A stretch of 64,000 nucleotides of DNA, taken from assembly GCF_001194135.2 (NCBI RefSeq), contig NC_068996.1:18269553-18333552 (forward strand), read 5' to 3'. Of this stretch, positions 12,185 to 24,204 are shown piece after piece (position 1 is the stretch's first letter; every line of letters begins with the position of its first letter). Under the pieces are notes generated by a model. That model was not told the origin of the DNA and made no database searches. It saw only the letters and a list, made by a program, of their open reading frames with translations. Position numbers and translations under genes: made by a program. Source of the stretch: Octopus bimaculoides. Its lineage: Eukaryota.

Positions 12185-13010
12185 TGTTATAGGTTGTGGT
12201 GACATCTTATGAGACTCCGCTCAGAAGGCTGTTATATTATTGTGGTAAGTAAAGAAAATACAAACACAGGGCTGGTGACTTTAAATATCTTTAATGAGGC
12301 CTCACATATATATACACATGCTGAACGGAAGTGGTTGATGTACATTTGTTCCTATCTCTACATGCATCTGCGTGGGTTGTATGTAAGCTGTTAATCCTGG
12401 TGAGAAGCTCACGAACAATGATGTAGGAACCAGTGCAGTGTGTTGGTGCTGTGTAGATGTTAACGACGTTGGTGAGAGACATCAGTGGTGGCGACAAAGG
12501 TGGAGGTCGCTGCAATGTGGTCAGTGGTTAGACCTTAAGAAAGTCTGAAACCAACTGACGCCGAACCTAGGAAGAGGTGAGCTTTTACAGTTGACAGGTA
12601 GGCTCAAATACTTATTTGGAACAGACTGTCTCACGTGACTTATTTGAAGGCTGCGATTGGCTGGGTTACATATTGGCGCGCGATAGAGTGAGAGACAAAT
12701 TGCGCCAATACCAACCAATCGGAGTGGTAGATACAACGGGGTCCAAACAGCGCCCCGCTACGTTCGTATGTACTTTATATAAGAGAAGAAGCGCACTAGA
12801 GTTCGCTACAGCGGTTTGTTTACATTATTTTCGATCTCACTTTTGGCAGATTTTGGTCAATTCTCAGTGTTTTGAGAAGATTGATTTGGATTCACGAGAG
12901 CAAGTCATTTTTCTCTTAAAAAAGATGCTTGCTGGAGAAGTTGTTTCGCAGTAGAAGTGCTTAAGTTGGGGCAAGATTCGTTCCAGTACTTATTTTAACC
13001 ACTTCATACA
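12185..13010 (-). mobile_element. Probable solo LTR, related to 13958-15087
   Basis: Shares an ordered CACGTG / ATTGG / TGGCGCG / CCAATC cassette with 14690-14810. ATTAAA lies ~100 bp from the putative ..ACA end. Boundaries are uncertain. Confidence 0.4.
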
Positions 13011-13182
13011 TCCGAGAGAAGGTGTCTTCACGGGGTTTTTCATAGCATCGATGTAGATGTTGGTTTAGATGTAGAGTCCAAATAAAATGAGAGGAGTCTT
13101 CTCAAATAGCTTACCGTTGCTGTAGCGCTGTTTTCGTCGGTGGTGATTTTCAACCATAATCGTGTCGGCAAAATTCCACGTG

Positions 13183-13555
13183 GTATGTATGTATGTATGT
13201 ATGTATGTATGTATGTATGTATGTATGCATGCATGCATGTATGTAGGCAGGCAAGCACACACGCATGTATGCATGCTTGTATGCATGTATGCATGCTTGT
13301 ATGTATGTATGTATGCATGCATGTATGTATGTATGTATGTATGTATGTATGTATGTATGTATGTATGCATGCATGTATGTATGTATGTATGCATGTATGC
13401 ATGTGTATATGTATGTATGTATGCATGTATGTATGTATGCATGTATGTATGCATGTATGTATGCATGTATGTAGGCAGGCAAGCACACACGCATGTATGC
13501 ATGCTTGTATGTATGTATGCATGCTTGTATGTATGTATGTATGCATGCATGTATG

Positions 13556-13587
<32 letters not shown>

Positions 13588-13590
13588 CAT
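13183..13590. repeat. Compound (TATG/CATG)n microsatellite
   Basis: Direct reading. Explains the MYVC/HTYI ORFs. Confidence 0.95.
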
Positions 13591-13900
13591 GTAGATGATA
13601 CCGTGATGACATTTTCAGACAACTGCTTATGGTGTGGGTGATATCTTCAGTGTGAACTCCACAAACTCTGCATCGGCTATCACACTTTACGGCTTTTCCT
13701 GCATCTCTATCCCTTTTGTGCATCAGGTACTTGGTTGATATTTCCTCTTCCTGGATTGCAAACGCATACCCTTCAGAGTGGGAAGTAATAATCCGGCTAT
13801 TCCTCCGTGATAAACTGCTTTGATGATCAATGTTACTATCATCACGGGGCTTTCTACTAACATATCCATGCATAGTCTTCTGCTCATATAGGCTTGTAGA
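13591..13900 (-). mobile_element. RLE LINE family B fragment
   Basis: MHGY..EGYAFAIQEEEISTKYL..CRVCGVHTEDITHTISSCLKMSSRYHL, truncated at the microsatellite. Confidence 0.8.
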
Positions 13901-13957
13901 GAACGACCGTGCAAACCAAAGGAGAATGGCGACGGACGGAAGAAGCTCCTTTTAACG

Positions 13958-15087
13958 TGTCGCACGGTCGACAAAAAACAATGTAATATAGCATAAGAGG
14001 GCTCGCATGTGAGATGAGAGCAAATGCCAGTAAGGAAAGAAAGAGACGAGAGTAAGTTTATTAGCATAGTGAACTGTGTGTCTGTGTGTGTGTACATGCG
14101 GCAATATAAGTAACACAATATGTATGACGGACCGTCGTGTGAACAAGAGTGTTTAACATAATATGTGTGTGTGTGTGTGAATGAGAATGAGAGAGCATGG
14201 AATAAGAGTCTGTAACAGACTTTAAGAGTCCTGAACACAAAGATAAGAAAGTACCAGTTCATAGAAGAGTTACACAGTAGGTAGAATGTCCGTACACAAG
14301 AGGTCGTGGCCGAATAGCAGATCTGAAGTGTCACATGTGTGTGAAGTTGAGTGTCGATGCTGCGACCGGTTACTTGGTACAGAAAATTCTCGCACGTTGT
14401 TCTGGCTGTTATTTTCGAGGTGGAAACAATCCACACAAACAGTGTTGAGACGGAACCACGGTTGTAGTTGGTAGCGTGTACTCTGGTGGTGGTGTTGGCG
14501 CTGGCCACGGGACAGTAGTAGACAGTAGATCGGTGGTGTTGACGTCGTCGCTGGAAACTGGCTGGAGCTGTGTTCTGTGAGATGGTCAACGACCAGACCT
14601 GTAATAGGTCTGAATCGAAGACAAACTGGCGTGGATAAAGCAAGACTATTTATAGATAAAAAGGGGCTCCAGAAACAGCAGGAAACACTCTCTCACGTGA
14701 CCTTAACAGAAGGCCACGATTGGTCGGTATGCACCCTGGCGCGAAACAGAACTGGCGACAAATGCCGCGCAAATAAGAGCCAATCAGGGTGATGGACACA
14801 ACAAGGTCCAAGCGGCCGAAGGCTAGATGTTAGCCGATACGTTATCATTCGTAAATAAATACCCGAGAGAGAGGTTTCATTACAGTCTCATCATTTCATC
14901 TGATGATACGTTGCGGTAGAGTCGTGCGACTTCTTTGGGTATGTATTCTAGGTTATCAAACAAAGAATGTTGCTCAAGGAGCTGTCTTCCAAGTCATGTT
15001 ATCAGCCTCATGTATGCAAAATTGGTCAAGAGATGCACTTCGACACTTGGTGGTTAAAAGATGTTACCGAAGGGATATAATGCGACA
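13958..15087 (-). mobile_element. Probable solo LTR (1130 bp)
   Basis: Perfect 7-bp terminal inverted repeats TGTCGCA..TGCGACA. On the minus strand: CCAAT, E-box, TATAAATA (~14650), then AATAAA (14057-14062) ~100 bp before the end. No TSD found. Confidence 0.55.
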
Positions 15088-15139
15088 TGTATGTATGTAT
15101 GTATGTATGTATGTATGTATGTATGTATGTATGTATGTA

Positions 15140-15186
<47 letters not shown>

Positions 15187-15232
15187 ATACACACACACAC
15201 ACACATATATATATATATGTATGTATATGCAC
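15088..15232. repeat. (TATG)n/(TG)n/(TA)n compound microsatellite
   Basis: Direct reading. Confidence 0.9.
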
Positions 15233-15244
15233 CTGTTATGCCAT

Positions 15245-16600
15245 GTCCATAGGTCCAATGCACCTATGATGATAGATATAAATGAGAATTTATAATCAAG
15301 GTACAAGAGCTGTAAGTTCTGCATTAATTCGCCATAAATGTTCTCTTTTCCCTGGTCTTTTGATAGTACATTCACATCTGCTGGACAACTGACCTCTACG
15401 ACAATGCATGACTTTTGTTCTTTTTCCCACAGAACATTAACAGGTCTGCTATGTTTGCACCGAAATGATGTTTTTATTGGGATGTTCCACTAGTATTCCT
15501 TGTTTTTTTTAAAGTAGTGAATAGTGGTAGTTCTGACATGCCTTTGATGCATACGTTAAAGTAGTCCTTCCTTTGGATAGCATTGTAAATAGTCTTTGCA
15601 ATTATGTCATGACTCAGGAGCATGTAGTATTTCGTAGACATTTTGGGGCAGCTGCTGATGATGTGGGTGATATCAACCGCACTATTATAGCAGAGCCGTT
15701 TTTTTTTCACAACGTGGAGATTTGATGGTATCTTTGCCCCTTTTGTTTACCAGGTATTTAGTGTAACTCTCTCCAATTCCTGGATAGCGAAAATTTATCG
15801 TTCTAGGTGGGCTGAAATGTATCTATCACAAGTGCAGGAGAGGCTACCCTTTTTGTCAACGCTGTTGTTACCCTCACGCTTACGGGATATGCACCCATGC
15901 AATGCTTTTTGTTGGTATGATGCCTGCTTCTCTTCCAAGCTTCTGTTTATGTAGGCCAGTCCAGCCTCTTCTGTGTCGCGTGAGACAGTTGTGTTCTCAG
16001 TGTACCTGCACAGTAGTTCTTTTCCAGCTTTGAAGATGTTGTTCCTCTCCCTTTGAGTATGCATGGAATGTACTCATTTCTTTCTTTACTGTTCAGCAGG
16101 TGTATGAGTGATACAATGCAACATATCAAAGGCTGTTTGGACTCACCTTATGCTTCTACCGCTATCACTTTGTCTCATATAAATCCTATTGGTGTTGCTG
16201 TTAATGTGAAAGTTTCCAATGGTGGTTAATATCTTTCTGATTTTGATGTCCAGGCTGCGAATCTCATCGAGTGTCCAGTCTAATATCCCAAATGTTGGGA
16301 CCAAATGTTGATATTACAAAATCATTGTGAGATATGGTCTTGTTGAGTTCCATATTTTCCGGAGTCTAGAGAAGTACTCTGGCTTTAGTCACAACATCAA
16401 CGTATGCAATATTCTCATCGATTCCGAGGTAATTGTAGCTTTCATCAGTTGAGATAGGAAAGATAGACAAGTCGTTAATGTACATGTACTATGCTTGGTA
16501 GACAATCTTTTCTCGGTTGATTATCATGTCTGAACATATATCTATCCCAAACTCTATTTCTATATCCCGTGAGAAGGTACTAGTTCTAACAGTCTCTTGA
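15245..16600 (-). mobile_element. RLE LINE family B, RT C-terminus to nuclease
   Basis: YSYLG-like box, FGILDWT, KALHG, DITHIISSCPKMSTKYY..HD, LQLLY.DYKFSFISIIIGAL. Confidence 0.85.
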
Positions 16601-17424
16601 TGTTGATCATATTACCAGAATATATCTTTAGGTCATCAGCAAAAAATGTGGCCGGAGGTAAAGGACATGAACTGCATCCACTTTCGGTTTTTTTTTGTTT
16701 TGTTTTTTTGTTTTTTTTTTCTACAGAAACCCACTTTTTCGACTGCGGNNNNNNNNNNNNNNNNNNNNNNNNNNNNNNNNNNNNNNNNNNNNNNNNNNNN
16801 NNNNNNNNNNNNNNNNNNNNNNNNNNNNNNNNNNNNNNNNNNNNNNNNNNNNNNNNNNNNNNNNNNNNNNNNNNNNNNNNNNNNNNNNNNNNNNNNNNNN
16901 NNNNNNNNNNNNNNNNNNNNNNNNNNNNNNNNNNNNNNNNNNNNNNNNNNNNNNNNNNNNNNNNNNNNNNNNNNNNNNNNNNNNNNNNNNNNNNNNNNNN
17001 NNNNNNNNNNNNNNNNNNNNNNNNNNNNNNNNNNNNNNNNNNNNNNNNNNNNNNNNNNNNNNNNNNNNNNNNNNNNNNNNNNNNNNNNNNNNNNNNNNNN
17101 NNNNNNNNNNNNNNNNNNNNNNNNNNNNNNNNNNNNNNNNNNNNNNNNNNNNNNNNNNNNNNNNNNNNNNNNNNNNNNNNNNNNNNNNNNNNNNNNNNNN
17201 NNNNNNNNNNNNNNNNNNNNNNNNNNNNNNNNNNNNNNNNNNNNNNNNNNNNNNNNNNNNNNNNNNNNNNNNNNNNNNNNNNNNNNNNNNNNNNNNNNNN
17301 NNNNNNNNACCGAAAGGGTGCGGTCCATGTCCTTTACCTCCGCCTAAATATGTGGGTGACATTAATTTTATTCTTTTCTGCATATCCCAGCATGTAACTT
17401 TGGTATTTCGTGGACAGGCTGTCT

Positions 17425-17575
17425 GTCTGTATGTATGCATATAAGTATATACGTGTGTATGTATATATATATGTATGCATGTATGTGTGTATGTATGTGT
17501 GTATGTATCTGTGTGTATATGTGTGTCTGTGGTTCCTCCTTCTATACATACATGCATACATAATACATACATACA

Positions 17576-17609
<34 letters not shown>

Positions 17610-17635
17610 CATATATACATACATACATATACATG
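17425..17635. repeat. (TATG)n then (CATA)n microsatellite
   Basis: Direct reading. Confidence 0.9.
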
Positions 17636-17846
17636 TAGTGGTTCATGCAGGCATAGCGTGGATTCGCTTCTCGGTCGCCAAATTTCACTTAACAGTTCAA
17701 CAGCACTTTTCTCGCGGTAAAACAATAGTTTTTCTGTGACAGCAGTTGCATTTTCCAGATGCCTTCGCTAAGCTAAATAATGTCTTTGCCACTTGACTCT
17801 TCTAACCTCTTCTAGGCTACCAAAAGCTAGAATAGAGATAATAGAC

Positions 17847-18415
17847 CGCCAACGAAATATATTGTTTTCAACAATATGTTTATCCTTCTGGCTGGTTTTG
17901 GATAGTTATAAAAACAAGAACTCTGTAAGCCAAAGTCAGTTGGTGAGAAACCGGGTCTGGTTGACCGGCTGAACAAAACGCCGTTTCTAAAGGAAAAGGT
18001 GCAAAGGGACAACTTTGGTAACTCACCAACGAAGCAGTTGCTTTGTTCCACTACTCTCACTTTCACTAACTCACTTTCGTTTTTCTGTAACATTACCATA
18101 TCTCTCCCTATATACTACTGTGAGCTCGCCAACGAAATCTATTGTTCTTAACAATATGTCTTTCCTTCTAACTAGTTTTGCATCGTTATAAATACTAGAA
18201 TTTAATAAGGCAAAATCACTTAGTGAACAGAGACCAACTAGAATCATGGCCACAAGCAGGCAGCCACTAAAGACAAACGGCCAGGGGGGGGGGGGAAAGG
18301 TTACAATCAGCCAAGTATGAGACACAACGTCCCTCGACTCTATAACTTTCACTAGCTCAGTTTCTTTTCTCTTACATCATTCTATCACTTTCTATGGTTT
18401 TACAACTACAATAAG
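17847..18415. repeat. Diverged ~280-bp tandem duplication
   Basis: cgccaacgaaat.tattgtt..aacaatatgt at 17847 and 18127; tttcacta.ctca at 18061 and 18347. Confidence 0.7.
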
Positions 18416-18735
18416 AACGTGTACATGCATACAGGTCGAAATTGACTTCCTTAACCTCACATGCTCTTTCAATTATACCACACCTGCTCGTCGAGACATG
18501 GCGTTATATTAAGTAACGGTAAATAAATATTTCTTTACAACTTCGATCACTGTTCTTCGTTCATCTTTCACATCTTACAACATGCCGTTACAATAATACC
18601 ANNNNNNNNNNNNNNNNNNNNNNNNNNNNNNNNNNNNNNNNNNNNNNNNNNNNNNNNNNNNNNNNNNNNNNNNNNNNNNNNNNNNNNNNNNNNNNNNNNN
18701 NNNNNNNNNNNNNNNNNNNNNNNNNNNNNNNNNNN

Positions 18736-18925
18736 CTTTTACACTTTTACTTGTTTGTCATTTGACAGCGGCCATGCGGGAGCACCGCCTTTAGTCAAGC
18801 AAATCGGCCCCAGGACCTATTCTTTGTAAGTATAGTACTTATTCTATCAGTCTCTTTTGCCGAACCGCCAAGTGACGGGGACGTAAACACACCACCATCG
18901 GTTGTCAAGCGATGTTGGAGGGCGG
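18736..18925 (-). mobile_element. SINE family 1, 3' half
   Basis: Reverse complement of the family 1 tail (gcggtgctcc.gcatggccgc.gtcaaatgac). Confidence 0.85.
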
Positions 18926-19954
18926 AGAACATCCAACATGCATCAAGTCGGGAAAAGAATCGAGCTGGCACAGGCATGTTGAAAACAAGGCAGTAGAGGC
19001 ATAATATTGTGGTGTATGTGTGCGTAACTAGGTGCAAAGCTGAGGCAGTATGCTAGTGCAGTGATTGCAAATATAAAACAGTGATGAATATGCCAGTGGT
19101 TGAGGCAGTAAGTGCCTTGAACGTGCAGGAGCAACAGTGTGACATGTTGGTACGTTGTAGAGGACGAATAATTTTATGTATACGTGAAAATGAAAACAAA
19201 TTGATGTGCATGCAAAGAAAAAGAGTTGTTGAGAGTCTATATGAGAGTCTTATATACATGCAAAAGTTCGTAGACAATGCAGAGTCTGTACATTGGAACG
19301 AAATGAAAAGTGTTTGTGTGCCGAAAAGGTTACATGTACGGGATTCCGTATTTTCTTCCAGTAAAATTGCGATTCCATGGTCAGCGAATTCTTTGTGTGT
19401 CGGCAGGGTTGCATTGTAGTGAAGTTAATCGCAGTTTCATCGCAGTATAGTGCTTTCTGTTGCGCGTACTGGTGCATCTTGGTAGTGATGAAAGTTGTCA
19501 TTCTTTCCCTCTAGTTTAGCTACTGTTGATATGAAGACTTTACTTCTTTAGTTCGGAGTCAGCAAAATGCAGCGGCATGTAGCATTAGAAGGTAGCAATT
19601 GTTTTTAGACGGGGACATCAGTGTAACGATGGGGTTACCAATGTAAAGGTGGGTTACCATTGTAACGGCATTGTTAAGGTGGAATCAATCAATCACCAAT
19701 GTAACGATGTCTGTTATGGTAGTTGTAACGATATGCAACGGCTCTTGTCGCATCAGAAGGAAGTAGTTTTTTCTAGTCGGGGTTACAATTTGTGATAGTT
19801 ATGATATTCGTTGCAGTCGAGGGTCACCAATTGGATGTGACAACTGTTCATGTGAAGGCGAAGGCGAATGTAACTGCTGTCACTCACAGAAACACTATTG
19901 CTTTACCGTGAGAAAAGTGCAGTTGAACTGTTCAGTGAAATTTGGCGATCGAAG

Positions 19955-20129
19955 ATCGAATCCACGCTATGCCTGCATGAAGCCCTATCTATTTCTGTGT
20001 TCCTTTCTGTCGAAGAGCGTAGGCTCGAAACGTAAAAGACTTTCTCACTTCCCGAGCGTTAAACTAATACATCTGTTTGTTGTTTACACACCCGTCTTCG
20101 TCTTTTGTTTTGTTTCTTTTTGCAAATTC

Positions 20130-20135
<6 letters not shown>
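19955..20135 (+). mobile_element. Penelope-like terminal-repeat fragment carrying a hammerhead-like motif
   Basis: cttt-CTGTCGAA-gagc-gtag-gctc-GAAA-cgt-a-aaag at 20003-20038, followed by a T-rich tail and (TA)n. Confidence 0.45.
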
Positions 20136-20160
<25 letters not shown>

Positions 20161-20581
20161 CGTCAGTGGATTGTTTATCCAAAAAAGAAGAAACATACTC
20201 TAAACCATAGAGCAATAATATATTAATATGCAGTTAAGTCTATGTCTAGTCATAAAGTAACCAGTGGTTTCGTATCCATAAGGGACTTAACCCTATGGAC
20301 GACTCGTCAGACACTATATGCAACCAAGCTCTCATAATACTATGCCACAACTATCTCAGTATGGCCCTGAAACCTCTCGCGGCGCTTTATGTGTTAAAAA
20401 ATAGCAACCCAAATGCTTTTAAATGAGATCCCAATGGTGGATGTTCAAGAACCAAATGAAGGGTAGACTCTCAATCCTGTGATCATCCTGATACGAGAAA
20501 GGTATAATATATCTATGTAGAGCAAATGTAGACCGGGATACAGGGGTCCCAGACGGACAGACAGAATTTCGCTTTCATTAA

Positions 20582-20760
20582 GCAGGATTGGCTGTGTGGT
20601 GGGAAGCTTGCTTCCCAACCACACGGTTCCGGGTTCAGTCCCACTGAGTGGCACCTTAGGGAAGTGACTTCTACTATAGCCTCAGGTCGACAAAAGGCTG
20701 TGAGTGGATTTGGTAGACGGAAACTGAAAGAAGCCCGTCGTATATATATATATGCATATG
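20582..20760 (+). mobile_element. SINE family 1, 5' half
   Basis: ggctgtgtgg..gggttcagtcccactg.gtggcacctt matches the full copies. Confidence 0.85.
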
Positions 20761-21204
20761 TGGGCACAGGACGTCACCAACTGTGCAGCAGACAACATGA
20801 AATACATAAAAACAGGACAAGTAAACACAGAGAGAGGACCCTTCATCAGTTGTCGGCTGTCCATCTACTCCTCATTTTCTCATTTCGAGCATTCAACAAC
20901 AATGAGTCTTCGAAGACAGTTGCTCCCACAAATTCTAAAATAAAATTTAGGATTTATGGAAGATCAAAGTTGGGAACAAAAACAGGACAGTGGAAATATA
21001 CAAGGAAACCAAACGAAAACAAGCATAGAGGGTCGTTAGATCAGAACGAGAGGAGTATAGTGAACACTGGGAAAAATATTTTCTTTAAAAAGAGAAAAGA
21101 GAGAAGAGAGAGAAATAAAATGTCTAGTCTTTTGAACGTCCGTGCAAGAAAAGAAAGATGGTCACGTGAGGAAAAGAAAGATGGACGATGGTGAGAAAAA
21201 GAGA

Positions 21205-21224
21205 GGGAGAGAAAAAGACAAAGT

Positions 21225-21277
<53 letters not shown>

Positions 21278-21284
21278 AAGTAGG

Positions 21285-21315
<31 letters not shown>

Positions 21316-21345
21316 ACAAAGTAGGGAGAGAGAGAGTGAGAGAGA
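21205..21345. repeat. (GA)n with three embedded aaagacaaagtaggg units
   Basis: Direct reading. Confidence 0.85.
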
Positions 21346-21509
21346 CAGATAGAAAATAGTGAAAGAGGGAGGGGAGAAAAAAGGAATTAGAGAAGGATGG
21401 AAGAAGAAAACAGTATAGAGTAGAGTTGCATCAAAAAGGGGAAGATAAACTTACTTGGAAATGGATGCGTGGCGTTCAATTAAATAATAATAATAATAAT
21501 AATGTGTGC

Positions 21510-21808
21510 TTACTTCCCCGTAACTTAGCGGTTCGGCAAAACAGTGGACGATAGAATAAGTACAGGGCTTACAAAGAATAAGTCTTGGGGTCAGTTTGTT
21601 CGACTAAAGCGGTGCTCCAGCATAGCCACAGTCAAATAACTGAAACAAGTAAAAGAATAAAAGAATACATATACGAGGGGCTTCTCTTAATTGCCGTCTA
21701 CTAACTCATAAGGCCCGAGGCTATAGACGAAGACACTTGCCCAAGGTGCCACGCGGTAGGACTGAACCCGGAACCAAGTGGTTGAGAAGCAAGCTTCATA
21801 CCACACAC
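21510..21808. mobile_element. Two SINE family 1 fragments (3' part on +, 5' part on -)
   Basis: 21510-21665 matches the tail; 21675-21808 is the reverse complement of the head. Confidence 0.75.
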
Positions 21809-21899
21809 TGGTGTTTAAAGAATAAAATTTCATATGATTTATTAATACAAAGCTGATACATGTTTTTGTTGTTGTATCGGTATGATTTGGTATGTCAGA

Positions 21900-22760
21900 G
21901 AATTTTAATTCCTTCAGTATTCAGACTGAAAGATAATATGGTTTTCTTATTTGTGTAATTGAAGTATTGGAGTACAAAGAAGGAGACAGGAGATAAAGAA
22001 ATAGGAGTGAATAGAAATGACGTGAACAGCCTGGTTAGTACATACTTTGTATACAGTTAACTATTTCGTTATTGAGATATTTTTCTCATAGAAAGCATGA
22101 ATTTCTTGTTTTGATTTTATCTCGTTTCTACTTTAGCAGGTTGCTTATTTGTGAGAATTAATGGACTGTACAGCAGTTCTATATATTCTTTATTTGTGTT
22201 GTTTTTTATTCAAGTATTTGAGACGTTTGTGAAGGGACTGAAAGCGTTTTTGCAAAAGATTAAATGATGTTTAGCTATAGAGCTTTTTACGCGTAGGTTT
22301 TAAGGTGGATTATACCAAATTATCTTTCGCTTCTTGTATATCCTTTTAGTTTGAGTTATGTTCTAACGGTATTTAATGTCTTCTTTAAAGATTCTCTTTT
22401 CAGGATTTGCTTATGTTTTATTTATTACAAGTCTTGAAATAATAACACCATCATCTCTGTAAAGTTCTCTGTATATATAGAATTTGCTTTGTATCTACGC
22501 TGACTTCAAAAGCCTCAGTATTCATTGTTTTTCATCCATGTGTGTTATTAAGAATAATTCAGGTTTTCTTACTTGGAAAATGGTTTCACTAGCCAATGGT
22601 TTAAAAGGTGTTATAATTAATTGCATAACTGACATTTATATTCTGATTTATGGGCTTCACAAGCGTTTTTCATGAGATAGGAATTTATTGCTATTTTAAT
22701 AAAATGCATAGACAATTCAAAATAAGCTTTCAACTAGAGTTTATTTATGGTATACTTATG
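21900..22760 (-). mobile_element. Penelope-like element RT remnant
   Basis: LYRDDG (22447-22464) and RKIIWYNPP (22303-22329) on the minus strand; both are characteristic of aquatic-invertebrate Penelope-like RTs. Confidence 0.65.
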
Positions 22761-22784
22761 TGGCGAAGAACGAAATCAAAAATA

Positions 22785-24083
22785 TTAGGTGGTATCAAAA
22801 GGTTCTGAACTATTTCTGTAGCGCACCAACAGATGGCAGCACACGGTTGCGTGCGCAATGAGAGCTAGCAGTTGTCTTCATGAGGCAGTGTGCCGAGTGA
22901 TATCACTGCATTTACTTTGCAAATTGTGAGATTTGTGTTTTCGTGATCACGTGTATGCTGTAGTTTGCGATTTTGTCACGGACAGAAAACAAAGAGCCAA
23001 CGTAAAATTTTGCGTTAAACATGGGAAGTCTGCTACAAAGACATTAAGCATGCTTCGGCAAGCTAACGGGGGTGAGGTAATGAGTTGTACGCAATGTTTC
23101 GAGTAGTACGGGCGCTCAAAAGGGGAAGAACATCCCTGAAAGATGATGGATGATCAAGAGGACCTGCCACGAGCGTCAACTCGGGAAGTGTGGAGGAAAC
23201 TAATCAGCTTTTGCATGAGAACCGTTGGAGGACAACCAATGACATTACTGATGTTGCTTCTCTGTCGTATTGGGTCTGTGCAGGCAATCCTAACGTCTGA
23301 ATTGAACATGCGGCATGTTACTGCCAAGTTTGGCCCTTGCCTACTAATCACTAAGCAGAAAGAACATCGTGTCGACGTCTTTCAAGATCTCCATCTGCGT
23401 ACTACTGATTACCCATCCTTCATGTCGAAGATTATCACCGGTGATGAGAGTTTCGTCTTCGGGTACGACCCTGAAACGAAGCAACAGTCGTCACAATGGA
23501 AGAGGCCTTCATCTCCACGACCAAAGAAGGCGCGACAGAGCCGCAGATCAATCAAGAGCATGCTCATCATTTTTTTCCCGACATCCGTGATATTGTGTAT
23601 CGAGAATTTGTCCTTCAGGCCAGACCATCAATTGAGAGTTCTACTGCGATGTTTTGAAGCATTTGAGGGAGGACATTCGATGAAAGTGACTAGACCTGTG
23701 GAGTGCAAAGAATTGGATTCTTCACGACGACAATGCACCCTGTCAACGAGCTCTCTCCACTCGTGAGTTTCTCGCAAAAAACAACATGGTATCGCTTCTG
23801 CATCCGCCCTATTAGCCAGATTTAGCACCTGCAGACTCTCATCTCTTTCCCAAGATGAAAATGTAGCTCAATGGTAGTCGAGATCCAGAGCGAATCACAG
23901 AACGTCTCCGATTCGCTTACGGAAAACGACCCCCAGGCCGGATTACAAAAGTGGCAAGAACTCCGGGTGTGGTGTATTGCTGCGCAAGGTGGCTATTTCG
24001 AAGGAGACGATGCTAAAACTTAGGTAAATAAGATTTTTTTTTTTTTAACGTAACTAGTCCAGTAACTTTTTGATACCACCTCG
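22785..24083 (+). mobile_element. Full-length mariner (DD34D) transposon, decayed
   Basis: ~28-bp imperfect TIRs (aggtggtatcaaaa.gtt) with TA on both sides; 1299 bp. Motifs IITGDES..YDPETKQQSSQW, DNAP, HPPY*PDLAP. Start codon mutated, several frameshifts. Confidence 0.93.
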
Positions 24084-24204
24084 TATCAAGTAGTTTTTTT
24101 TTTAGGTCAGTGGCAAAGTTGAATTTCTGTATTGATATCATGTAGGGCGCATACACAGATACTTATAAACTTTATATTGTAGAATGACATTAGATTCAAG
24201 GTTA

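Noticed and set aside
13040-13641. HTYI/MYVC-rich ORFs of 146-277 aa
   Set aside because: Translations of the (TACA)n microsatellite, partly fused to a LINE fragment.
13723-14643. 306-aa ORF on the minus strand
   Set aside because: No domain signature; it runs across a probable LTR and a LINE fragment in a non-coding frame.
20830-20900. Second hammerhead candidate (CTGATGA on the minus strand)
   Set aside because: No GAAA with a pairing helix II in a valid order.
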